Positions 1 through 7,694 of a stretch of DNA of 24,891 nucleotides are shown piece after piece. The stretch covers positions 1-24,891 of the IMG/VR virus record IMGVR_UViG_3300005512_000310; one strand, given 5' to 3'. The stretch's first letter is position 1. Each line of letters begins with the position of its first letter. This DNA comes from a virus (taxonomy: Duplodnaviria; Caudoviricetes). The position numbers and the translations under genes are program-made. The notes under the pieces were generated by a model. That model ran no database searches and was not told the DNA's origin. It saw only the letters and a list, made by a program, of their open reading frames with translations.

Positions 1-265
1 GGCACGACGAGCACAGCGTTTGACCGTTTGAAACGTCGTATCGCTCACCACCAAATGCAATTGGCGTGATGTGGTCAGCATGCGCCTCGAGCCGGTCGCC
101 GCACACTCGGCCGCAGGCCCGGCACCTCCAGGCGTCCCGAGTCAGCACGGCCTGCCGCCATTGCTTGTGGGCCTTGCTGCAGTATCCCCTCTCGGATGCG
201 GATGGTCGGTCACGCCGGGGCGTGCGTTGTCGCAGCGGGATATGGGGGGGGAGTCTCTGCGGCAT
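1..265 (-). CDS. HNH endonuclease (phage packaging-associated type), 3'-truncated by the window edge
   Basis: Not in the ORF track. Hand translation from ATG 265: MPQRLPPHIPLRQ...RGYCSKAHKQWRQAVLTRDAWRCRACG...HADHITPIAFGGERYDVSNGQTLCSSC. Contains CxxC, DH, GG, N and LCxxC motifs. Confidence 0.9.
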   Translation of the reverse strand, partial: MPQRLPPHIPLRQRTPRRDRPSASERGYCSKAHKQWRQAVLTRDAWRCRACGRVCGDRLEAHADHITPIAFGGERYDVSNGQTLCSSC

Positions 266-275
266 ACAGGGGGGG

Positions 276-632
276 CTATGACTTGAGGGCCACCACTGCA
301 CTGACGCCCGTGCTGTTGGTATCGCCGCTCACGATCTTGGCGAACGGCAACGCAAACGTGGCATCAGGCAGGGCATAGATGGTGCCCACTGAGGTAGAGG
401 GGGCCAATGTGATGTCAGCAGCTGAGCCGTCCGCACCATACACACGGCGGAAGGTAGCCGCCGCATCGTCGCTGCCGTAGACCTGCAGCGTGCTGGCTTC
501 GGTGCTGAGGGTGCCAATCGAGATGACGCCGCCTGCCATGTCATCCATACGGATGGTCTCGCAGGACGAGAGGGCGGTAGCCAGCGTGACGTTCACGCTG
601 CGAAGGCGACGCTTGATCTTGATCTCTGACAT
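276..632 (-). CDS. Hypothetical phage protein, beta-rich, possibly a virion protein
   Basis: 118 aa, AAGGAG RBS upstream, S/T/A/G-rich. Confidence 0.7.
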   Translation of the reverse strand: MSEIKIKRRLRSVNVTLATALSSCETIRMDDMAGGVISIGTLSTEASTLQVYGSDDAAATFRRVYGADGSAADITLAPSTSVGTIYALPDATFALPFAKIVSGDTNSTGVSAVVALKS

Positions 633-682
633 GTCTGCTCCTTGTGGCGCGGGTCTGGCCCGTCTCGTGGCCTGCTCCCAGG

Positions 683-850
683 CTACGCCTCGGCAGGCTC
701 ATCCTTGCAGTCCTGCCGCTCATAAAGCGGCACCACCTCGCCGTCGTGTGCGGTCTTCCACAACTCGACCCGCTCGGGATCGTCGAGGATGAACCTCGTG
801 CTGCCGTCGGGGTTCCGAAACAACCAGGCCACGGGTTCCTCGCTCACCAT
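683..850 (-). CDS. Small hypothetical protein (EPVAW...VVPLY type)
   Basis: Start overlaps the stop of the upstream gene at 844; phage-like small ORF. Confidence 0.6.
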   Translation of the reverse strand: MVSEEPVAWLFRNPDGSTRFILDDPERVELWKTAHDGEVVPLYERQDCKDEPAEA

Positions 851-1509
851 TCCGCCTCCAGCATCACAGATGGGTGGTCGTCCAGGGCGGTGCACCGCCG
901 GATAGCCTCCTGATGCCAAGCCACGCTCGGCCCGACCCCGGCCTTCAGCCAGCAGCCGATGAGCACGGGCTGCGGCAACGGCAGCCAGACGGGCTGACCG
1001 GAGTCGCCGCCGACAACGTACCGGGCCTCGGCAGTGTAGTCCGCTCCCAGTTCGACCACCGCTGTCTCATGCAGGCTCCCGCCAGCCTTTGTTCCCAGAG
1101 CACGCAACCGCCGCCGCAACCGTTCGCCCAGGGCGTCGGTCGGCAGGTGCCGCGACCAATCCCAGGGCAGATACCTCGCCGGCTCCACTGAGTCGGGCAC
1201 CGCCTGATCGAACGTGTAGATGGCGATGTCGCACTGGTTGTCGCCGGCCTTCTGCAACCTCGCCACGCGCCGCTCGCCCCAGCGGTAGCGGATCGTCGCC
1301 CCGACCTGATGCTGGTGGTGCCACGCGCCGAGAGCGTGCCACGGCGTAATGACGCATCCACCGTACTCGCCGAGGGCCACGCAATCTGGGATCGTCGCCG
1401 CCGCTGACTCGCAGCGGTCGTAGACCGTTCGCATCCGCTCCTCTAGGGCGGTAGTCCTGGCCTGGAGGCTGCGGATCTCGCCAAGGACGCGGTGGAGGAG
1501 TTCGCTCAT
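844..1509 (-). CDS. Trypsin-like (S1) serine protease with N-terminal coiled coil
   Basis: Triad in the correct order: ALGAWH (His), CDIAI (Asp), GGDSGQP (Ser). Confidence 0.7.
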   Translation of the reverse strand: MSELLHRVLGEIRSLQARTTALEERMRTVYDRCESAAATIPDCVALGEYGGCVITPWHALGAWHHQHQVGATIRYRWGERRVARLQKAGDNQCDIAIYTFDQAVPDSVEPARYLPWDWSRHLPTDALGERLRRRLRALGTKAGGSLHETAVVELGADYTAEARYVVGGDSGQPVWLPLPQPVLIGCWLKAGVGPSVAWHQEAIRRCTALDDHPSVMLEAEW

Positions 1510-1555
1510 GTCGCTCTACAGAACCTGTCGCTTTCTGTGATCTTCTGTTGACTCT

Positions 1556-1708
1556 TTATGTACGGTCACGCATTGACTCTGCCAAAACAATCGCCGCAGC
1601 CGCTGGGCCACCAAGCGTTGTGCCGGAACCAAAACGGCCATCAAGGACGCCGATGCAGTTGAGCGAGTCGCACCAGACGTAAACGGTTGCGGTCAAGATC
1701 ACGCTCAT
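1556..1708 (-). CDS. Small hypothetical protein
   Basis: MSVILTATVY..., ATGA overlap with the stop at 1705; coding status uncertain. Confidence 0.35.
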   Translation of the reverse strand: MSVILTATVYVWCDSLNCIGVLDGRFGSGTTLGGPAAAAIVLAESMRDRT

Positions 1709-1971
1709 CGCGTCCGCTCCAGCAGCCCCCGCAGCGTGGCGGCGGCGGTGTGTTCGTACCATCGCTCCGCAGCGTATGCAGCCCACTCAATCGCCTCCCG
1801 CTCCGCGTCGGTCAGGGTGAGGTTGTCTCCTATGCGAGACAGCCGCTCACACAACTCTGCGCCGATGTTTCGTTGTGCCTTGCTCATATCGTTACCGATC
1901 CTCTGCCTGGACGACCAATCGGCAGAGGTTTCATAACGGCTGAAACTTCCGCCTCTAGAGTCACTCGTCAT
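1705..1971 (-). CDS. Hypothetical protein with LTDxEREAI...ATLRGLLER helical motif
   Basis: 88 aa ORF coupled to both neighbours; alternative start near 1887. Confidence 0.6.
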   Translation of the reverse strand: MTSDSRGGSFSRYETSADWSSRQRIGNDMSKAQRNIGAELCERLSRIGDNLTLTDAEREAIEWAAYAAERWYEHTAAATLRGLLERTR

Positions 1972-2185
1972 CGTCCGGCAGCAGATAGTCGTTCACCGCA
2001 GGGTCATTGTCATCCGACACCCGGATGCCGTGCGGCTTGTGTTCGCTCATCCACCTCCAAAACTCGCCAGGATCGCTGACGAGGGACGGGTCTACCCAGA
2101 CGCCGCCAGCCCTGGAGTTGAAGAACACGCGGGCCGAGCGGCACTGGTCGCAAACGAGATAGTGGTCAAGAGCCATGCCCGCCAT
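1961..2185 (-). CDS. Small hypothetical protein with CxxC
   Basis: 74 aa, YLVCDQC...H, acidic tail. Confidence 0.6.
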   Translation of the reverse strand: MAGMALDHYLVCDQCRSARVFFNSRAGGVWVDPSLVSDPGEFWRWMSEHKPHGIRVSDDNDPAVNDYLLPDDDE

Positions 2186-2244
2186 CCTACCGACCTGGGC
2201 CAGCTAGTCTACGCCTGTTCTGTCCGTTCATTGTGCGTCTACGG

Positions 2245-2553
2245 TCACTCGGCAGGCAGCAACGCGAGAGCATCCGCCAGCGGCATCACCGCGATCTCGT
2301 CGAACCGGCTGGCGTCTAGGTGAGCGAACCCCGCAGAGTACATGCCGCCCGCTGAAACCTCCGTCAGAATGCTTGCGCAGTGATAGTACTGGCCTGTCGT
2401 CAAAGGCCCAGCCGGAAAAGCCGTGAACTGGGGGTTCCCATGCTCTGATTGCACCGATACCAGCCGGTCACGCAGTTCAGCAGAAAACACAAGAGCCAAA
2501 TGTCGCAGTTCCTCAGTACTTTTGGGATTCTGGAACAAGTCCACCAGCGTCAT
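2245..2553 (-). CDS. Hypothetical protein coupled to the upstream virion-like gene
   Basis: 102 aa, ATGA overlap at 2550-2553. Confidence 0.7.
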   Translation of the reverse strand: MTLVDLFQNPKSTEELRHLALVFSAELRDRLVSVQSEHGNPQFTAFPAGPLTTGQYYHCASILTEVSAGGMYSAGFAHLDASRFDEIAVMPLADALALLPAE

Positions 2554-3359
2554 GGTATGGCACTCCCTATGTCAGAGAGCAGCGTATTGACCCGCGTCCG
2601 AAGCAAGGCCATGTCTACGGCTGATCCAAGCGAATACCAAGCGATACGCCCAGGGTAGAACAAACTGGAAAGCGACAATGTGCGAAAGACATAGATGTTT
2701 CCATTGAATGGGGCCTGGCTAGTGCGAGACGACCCGGGGTCGCGGCTCAGTGTGCCGACACGCATTGCAAAGTTTGTGCTTTCGGAGCGCGACGATCCTA
2801 TGAAATCAGCAATGGTGTCGGGAGCGGTAGGGGAAAGGCCGTCTGACGTTCCAGACTGATTTCGAAACAGATAACTGCCTCCGCTCGTAAATATCTCGCT
2901 CGCGCCCGAACTCGTAAACCCTGCCCCCATTAGCCAATACGTGCTTGATGCGGGAACAGCACTAACACGTAGCGACATGTGGAAGTCATCCTGGGTAAAC
3001 GTGTTGCCGTTTACGTTTGTGTCCAGGTACTTTGTGTTGGCCGTCGATCCGAGAAGGCCGGTCTTGCGGTCGTAGTCAGCCGTTTCAAAAGCGTTCTGTG
3101 ATGGTGCTGTGCCCTTGAGCGGCTTGATCGCTCCCGCAATAGTGCGCGCACCTGCCAATACGCAGCAATGGTCAATGTCATCCCAAGTTGCGTCTGACTT
3201 AAGACCCTTGACGAAGTTGTCGATGGCAAGAGTGACATTGCTTTCTAGTCTCTGTCCATCGGCCTCCTCTACAGAAAGAACGTAAGCAAGCGCGTCTGCG
3301 TCAGTTGGTGCATAACGTCCACTTGCGAGTGGACGAAGCAGCCTGGGTGACATTGCCAT
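2550..3359 (-). CDS. Putative virion/adhesin protein (MSPRLLRP N-terminus, beta-rich C-terminal domain)
   Basis: Start moved to MAMSPRLLRP (3359) to avoid overlap with the upstream gene. S/T/G/aromatic-rich, lower GC. A lectin-like fold is inference. Confidence 0.6.
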   Translation of the reverse strand: MAMSPRLLRPLASGRYAPTDADALAYVLSVEEADGQRLESNVTLAIDNFVKGLKSDATWDDIDHCCVLAGARTIAGAIKPLKGTAPSQNAFETADYDRKTGLLGSTANTKYLDTNVNGNTFTQDDFHMSLRVSAVPASSTYWLMGAGFTSSGASEIFTSGGSYLFRNQSGTSDGLSPTAPDTIADFIGSSRSESTNFAMRVGTLSRDPGSSRTSQAPFNGNIYVFRTLSLSSLFYPGRIAWYSLGSAVDMALLRTRVNTLLSDIGSAIP

Positions 3360-3390
3360 CGGGGAGCGTCCGTAGAGTGGTGATGTCCGG

Positions 3391-3666
3391 TCAGTTGTCG
3401 CCGGCTGGCGTTTCCTTGACGTCAACGGTCCAGACTTCTTCGTTGACGTTCCGTTGTATCGCATACAGCAAGCGCGTCTGCTCGCCGACAGCGTCGGCAA
3501 TCTCCCGCTGGGTCTCGCGGACTTCCTTGAGCGTCAGGCGGTGCTCCTCCAGCAAGGGCAGCAGCAGATCCTGGCGGATGAAGAAGCCCAAGGCCACCGC
3601 CACCAAGGTTGGGAAACCGTATTTGCCGAGCAGTTCCATCATCGTGTCATGGGTCTCAGTCGTCAC
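3391..3666 (-). CDS. Holin-like single-TM protein with C-terminal coiled coil
   Basis: GTGA overlap start; YGFPTLVAVALGFFI hydrophobic segment followed by a charged helix. Confidence 0.55.
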   Translation of the reverse strand: MTTETHDTMMELLGKYGFPTLVAVALGFFIRQDLLLPLLEEHRLTLKEVRETQREIADAVGEQTRLLYAIQRNVNEEVWTVDVKETPAGDN

Positions 3667-4004
3667 CGCATCGCCTCCTGCCGCCAAACCAGCATCAGAA
3701 CCCGATTGGCACGACGCTCGAGCCACCACTTGAGCAAGAGCTCAATCACGGCCGACGCCAGAGCCGACAGCAGGATCGTCCACAGGAAGCCGTAGCCATC
3801 GGCTCGGATGCGTCGCCGCAGAGAGCCGGCGTTGGCCTGCATAACCTCATCAAAGTCGTCGTCGCCGCGGCATTGGCTCAGCACCTCGCAGGGCCAGTTG
3901 CGGATGGCCTGGTCGACGAGCTCGTCAATACGCTCTCGGGGCACCAGATGCTTCCGCATCGGCAGCCGAGCGTACACGTAGTCTCGGATCTCGGAGTGCG
4001 TCAC
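3663..4004 (-). CDS. Hypothetical membrane protein (C-terminal TM)
   Basis: GTGA overlap start; YGFLWTILLSALASAVIELLLKWW. Confidence 0.7.
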   Translation of the reverse strand: MTHSEIRDYVYARLPMRKHLVPRERIDELVDQAIRNWPCEVLSQCRGDDDFDEVMQANAGSLRRRIRADGYGFLWTILLSALASAVIELLLKWWLERRANRVLMLVWRQEAMR

Positions 4005-4309
4005 AGCTTGCAACTCCCGTCATTGCAAACCTTGGCGGGCGGGTGCTTGACGACCTTCTGCACCTTCCCGGTGCCATCGCACGGCAGGCACTTGGTCTTG
4101 ACGACACCGTCGCCGACGTAGCCCTTGCCCTTGCAGTTGGGGCAGACGTCGCCAGGCTTCGGGCCGGGCTCTGGCTGCGGGGCCGCTCGCATTCGCACGA
4201 TGGCACGAGATGTCTCAGCGGCCAGGTCGGCCGATATGGTGGCGTCTTGGATGGGCAGGCTCACGACACAGCCTGCGATGACGACGATAAACGACAGCAA
4301 GAACCTCAC
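4001..4309 (-). CDS. Putative lipoprotein with DnaJ-type zinc finger
   Basis: VRFLLSFIVVIAG-C lipobox; CPNCKGKG...CLPCDGTG. Confidence 0.7.
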   Translation of the reverse strand: MRFLLSFIVVIAGCVVSLPIQDATISADLAAETSRAIVRMRAAPQPEPGPKPGDVCPNCKGKGYVGDGVVKTKCLPCDGTGKVQKVVKHPPAKVCNDGSCKL

Positions 4310-5304
4310 AGCACGCCTCCTGTCCAATCGGGCAGCTGCTGAGCAGGCCAGCCGTAGACGCCCGAGAATGCAATGGCACGGCGGCGTTCCAGGTCGCTCC
4401 ATCGCGCCCAGAATGCCCCGTGCGGGATGTCGAGTGAGGTGCCCAGCACGCGGCGGCCGCCGCGGTTCCACTGGCCCCAAGAGTTTTGGACAAGCACCAG
4501 CGGCTCCCCGTACTGAGCGTGGATCTCGGGCCGGTCATCGACGCCGAGGTACGCCATGGCATGCGCCCAGCCCTGCCGGGTGCGTTCCGAAACACCGTTC
4601 TCGTCGCGGTCGTTGCTGAACGACTCGCCACCGCATGAGGTGATGGCGTAGCCGTTGGCCAGCAGGTCGCGGACCTCGACGAACGTGTTCGCTCGGGTAG
4701 CCGTGCGGACGAGGTGCTCTTGGCCGAAGGCCTCCACCTCGGCCGGCGGTGGCGTGCGGCCCCATCGCTCAGTCATCCGGCCGCTGTACTCGGTCAGGTC
4801 AAATCCGAGCTCCGGGTAGTTCTTACGAAGCCAAAGGCCCGATTGGCTCATCACCACCTCGGCCGAGTGCTCGCAGTTCCACCCATGGCCTGAGTGACCA
4901 CGCCACCAGTAAATCGGACTGACAGCCAACACCCCGTCCTCGCGGGCTTTCGTGCTGACCTGCGGTGCGCCCTCGAGCAGCCCTGTTACCTCGTCTGGCG
5001 TTCCGGCGGCGATCTCGCAGGCGAGCGTCCCCAGGCAGGCGTTTCGGGTTGAGTGAGCAACGCAATCGCCACGCTGTTGGGCCGATGCCGGCAGCGAGCC
5101 GGGGAATACCTTCTCGATGTAGTGCCAAAGCGGGCTCAGCTTGCCCTCGCCAGCCCCTGAGAGCCCGTACGTGGCACAGACGGTGCCGCCGTTGGGCGAC
5201 ATGCCCTGCGAGAAGACGAGCCGGTCAAAACGCTCTGAGGCGGCCGGGTCGTCGTAGGCCCCGACAAGCCCGGCGAGATACTCGGCCTGCGGATCCCACG
5301 ACAT
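4306..5304 (-). CDS. Papain-like (C1 family) cysteine peptidase
   Basis: QQRGDCVAH (oxyanion Gln and catalytic Cys), WAHAM (His), QNSWG (Asn); start MSWDPQ after a GGAGGT RBS. Confidence 0.85.
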   Translation of the reverse strand: MSWDPQAEYLAGLVGAYDDPAASERFDRLVFSQGMSPNGGTVCATYGLSGAGEGKLSPLWHYIEKVFPGSLPASAQQRGDCVAHSTRNACLGTLACEIAAGTPDEVTGLLEGAPQVSTKAREDGVLAVSPIYWWRGHSGHGWNCEHSAEVVMSQSGLWLRKNYPELGFDLTEYSGRMTERWGRTPPPAEVEAFGQEHLVRTATRANTFVEVRDLLANGYAITSCGGESFSNDRDENGVSERTRQGWAHAMAYLGVDDRPEIHAQYGEPLVLVQNSWGQWNRGGRRVLGTSLDIPHGAFWARWSDLERRRAIAFSGVYGWPAQQLPDWTGGVL

Positions 5305-5306
5305 GG

Positions 5307-5909
5307 CTACCTCCCGGCCCAGGCGATCGCCTCGGCGGCTGCCACGTAGGAGGCCCGGACGTCCGGCGTGACCGGCTTGGCGTCCATCCCGACCGCTGAT
5401 GCCAGGACGGCCTCGACTGCTTCTCTGAGGCCCTCCACGGAGCCGGGACGGTGGTCCCCGAGCCGACGCCACGCGATGTCCAATGCCACGGTCGTGAACA
5501 GCCGCAGGGCCGCGGTGTCCGTGAACACCGGCTGCGTCGTCGAGCCCTCTGCCTTGGCGACGGTGGCGGCCTTAAGCCACGTGGAAGCCCAGAGGGCCTT
5601 GTCGGCCGCAGGCAGCCCCTCGAGGGCCTCGGCCACCGGTGCCACGAGCCGGCGCATCTCAGCGTCCGGCTCGGGCACCTCGACCGGCGTGACGGCCGGG
5701 ACGGTTTGCAGTGTCGGCACCGGGATGACTCCCCAGGCAGCGGCGATGATTAGCCCCGCGGCTGCGAGCCGGCCGATGGCGACAATGTGCTCTTGGGCGG
5801 CGGTGTATCCCGCTTGGACAGCGTCAACCACCAGACGCCAATACGGCGCGGCCAAGATCGCCACGGCGAGCCCGACTGCTGCGGTGCGTAGGAGTGCGTC
5901 ATAGCTCAC
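5307..5909 (-). CDS. Membrane-anchored protein (two N-terminal hydrophobic helices, Pro linker, helical domain)
   Basis: GTGA overlap start; AAVGLAVAILAAPYW and LAAAGLIIAAAWGVI. Confidence 0.7.
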   Translation of the reverse strand: MSYDALLRTAAVGLAVAILAAPYWRLVVDAVQAGYTAAQEHIVAIGRLAAAGLIIAAAWGVIPVPTLQTVPAVTPVEVPEPDAEMRRLVAPVAEALEGLPAADKALWASTWLKAATVAKAEGSTTQPVFTDTAALRLFTTVALDIAWRRLGDHRPGSVEGLREAVEAVLASAVGMDAKPVTPDVRASYVAAAEAIAWAGR

Positions 5910-6208
5910 CGCAGGGCCTCCACCTGCGCCACGCACCACCGCACCAGCTTTTCCCCCTCCTCAGTCCGCAGGATGTCGCCGAGCAGGGCGACGAGCTCGT
6001 CATCGGCCTTGGCGTCGGTCTTGCTGGCCACCCACTCGACAGCCTCGGCAATCAGGATGCCCTTCCTGTACGGGTCAGCCTCAGCAAGGAAAGACTGCGC
6101 GTACGTGATGAGCGGGCTCCACGTCTGCAGCAGCTTGATCGCCTGCCAAATGTTGAGCGTGGCTCCGTATCGGTTGGCCTCTTCGGGCGTCATCTCATAC
6201 GACGGCAT
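5906..6208 (-). CDS. Hypothetical helical protein
   Basis: MPSYEMTPEE after a GGAGG RBS; coupled to neighbours. Confidence 0.7.
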   Translation of the reverse strand: MPSYEMTPEEANRYGATLNIWQAIKLLQTWSPLITYAQSFLAEADPYRKGILIAEAVEWVASKTDAKADDELVALLGDILRTEEGEKLVRWCVAQVEALR

Positions 6209-6210
6209 AG

Positions 6211-6474
6211 TCAGTCCTCCTCCTTTGAGTTTCCTTCCTCGTCCTCGTCCCTTGCAGTGCTGGGCCAGAGCACCGTGTCCTGCAGCCACTGGTAGGACTG
6301 GTCGAAGTACTCTTTGGCTTCCTCGGCAGACTCTCGAAAGTCGAGCGTGAACGGTTGCTTAAACGCTTCTTCTTCAAGCACCTTTCCGTCTTGGTCGGTC
6401 ATGTAGATGTAGGCGTACTTCCTGCCGTACTCGCAGACGATCCGACGATGCACGTAGTCCTTCTCAGCTGGCAT
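6211..6474 (-). CDS. Hypothetical acidic protein
   Basis: 87 aa, GGAG RBS. Confidence 0.7.
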   Translation of the reverse strand: MPAEKDYVHRRIVCEYGRKYAYIYMTDQDGKVLEEEAFKQPFTLDFRESAEEAKEYFDQSYQWLQDTVLWPSTARDEDEEGNSKEED

Positions 6475-6817
6475 CGGTCTCCTCCGGGGCCGGGGGCTGC
6501 ATGTCCCTCAGCGAGACGCGACGCACGCTCACCTGCTCGGTCTTGTAAACGGCCCGCTGCTCGCGGGTGGCCTCGCTCCAGGTCGACTGAATCCGCAGGC
6601 AAGCCGCCTCGATCTCGGTCGGCGTCGGGTCGCGGTGACGTCGGGGCTTGTGCCGTAGCCTGCGGTCGTGCCGCAGCGGCAACGCCCACACGTCACGCAG
6701 GCGAATCACCTGGTCCTTGGTGATCGTGTAGAGCTCGCACAGTTCCGAGATTGGCTTATGGTCAAGCCAATCCTGCCGGAACTGCTGCACGCTGATTGTC
6801 GCCGTCACGCCCGCCAT
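6464..6817 (-). CDS. HTH-like protein with DPTP motif
   Basis: W...ISELCELYTITKDQVIRL...LPLR...DPTPTEI; similar layout to 9233-9529. Confidence 0.6.
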   Translation of the reverse strand: MAGVTATISVQQFRQDWLDHKPISELCELYTITKDQVIRLRDVWALPLRHDRRLRHKPRRHRDPTPTEIEAACLRIQSTWSEATREQRAVYKTEQVSVRRVSLRDMQPPAPEETDAS

Positions 6818-7694
6818 CGTTGGGCTCCTCGTCGCCCTCATCCACCATCCACGTCATCACGCAACGCTGCGATGGGTTGAGGAAGATTGACCAGCCCTTT
6901 TTCTTTATCCTTGCATGGAACCACACGTGCTCGCAGTCCTCGCCGCTGTACTCGCTCGATAGATACGCCGCGGTTTTGTAAATCCCGAGCCCGCCGAAGG
7001 CACTGTTGACCTCGAGCGGTGGGTGACCGGGTGGCGGCAGCCAGAACGTGAACCACGGCCCGAGCCGCGGTGCCCATCCGTAGCAGCGATAGGCCCAGTT
7101 GTCGTAGTGGCACCACACTGCTTCCTTGCCAATGCGATACGCGCTGTGCCGGAAGAGCGACGTGCTCGCCATGCACCCGGCGTCCGGCAGACGCTCATGC
7201 CAGCCGATGCCGTTCATGACGCCGTGCGTGCTCCACCCGCCCCAGGCATCGAGGTCGACAACGATGACGTAGTCGCAGTCCCCGCAGTGCTTCTCGACGA
7301 GCTCGCGGCATCGGTTGCGGTAGCCGGCCATCGCCTCGGTACGGGCTTGCTCAAAGCCGTGCAGGTGCGGCTTGCCGTTGTCGCTCATCTCGACGATGAC
7401 ATGGTCACGCTGCCGGTAGGACCACTCGCTCAATAGCTCTTTCGTGCCGTCCGTGCTGTCGTTCTCGAGCACGATGGCCGACCAGTCCGCAAAGTGCCAG
7501 GCCGTCTGCTCGATACGCTCGATACTCAACGGCAGCACCCCGGCGATGTCGCGGGCCAGGCCAACAAAACACGCTTTACGCTTGGCGGCCAGCAACGCCC
7601 CCTCGCAGGTGACGTCGGCGTACAGGGCCGCAAACTCGGGATCGACCGGCAGCGCGTTGTCGGGCAGCCGGTCAGGCGTAATCGTGATATTCAT
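6762..7694 (-). CDS. GT-A fold glycosyltransferase (CAP59/GT69-like motifs)
   Basis: ENDSTDGT, MAGYRN, VVDLD (DxD), VNSAFGGLGIY, DCEH; ATGA overlap start. Confidence 0.8.
   Translation of the reverse strand: MNITITPDRLPDNALPVDPEFAALYADVTCEGALLAAKRKACFVGLARDIAGVLPLSIERIEQTAWHFADWSAIVLENDSTDGTKELLSEWSYRQRDHVIVEMSDNGKPHLHGFEQARTEAMAGYRNRCRELVEKHCGDCDYVIVVDLDAWGGWSTHGVMNGIGWHERLPDAGCMASTSLFRHSAYRIGKEAVWCHYDNWAYRCYGWAPRLGPWFTFWLPPPGHPPLEVNSAFGGLGIYKTAAYLSSEYSGEDCEHVWFHARIKKKGWSIFLNPSQRCVMTWMVDEGDEEPNDGGRDGDNQRAAVPAGLA

Noticed and set aside
1510-2244. Integron attC cassette array
   Set aside because: Only one short AAC/GTT dyad; no repeated R/L-box structure, and the integrase shows no evident IntI-specific insertion.
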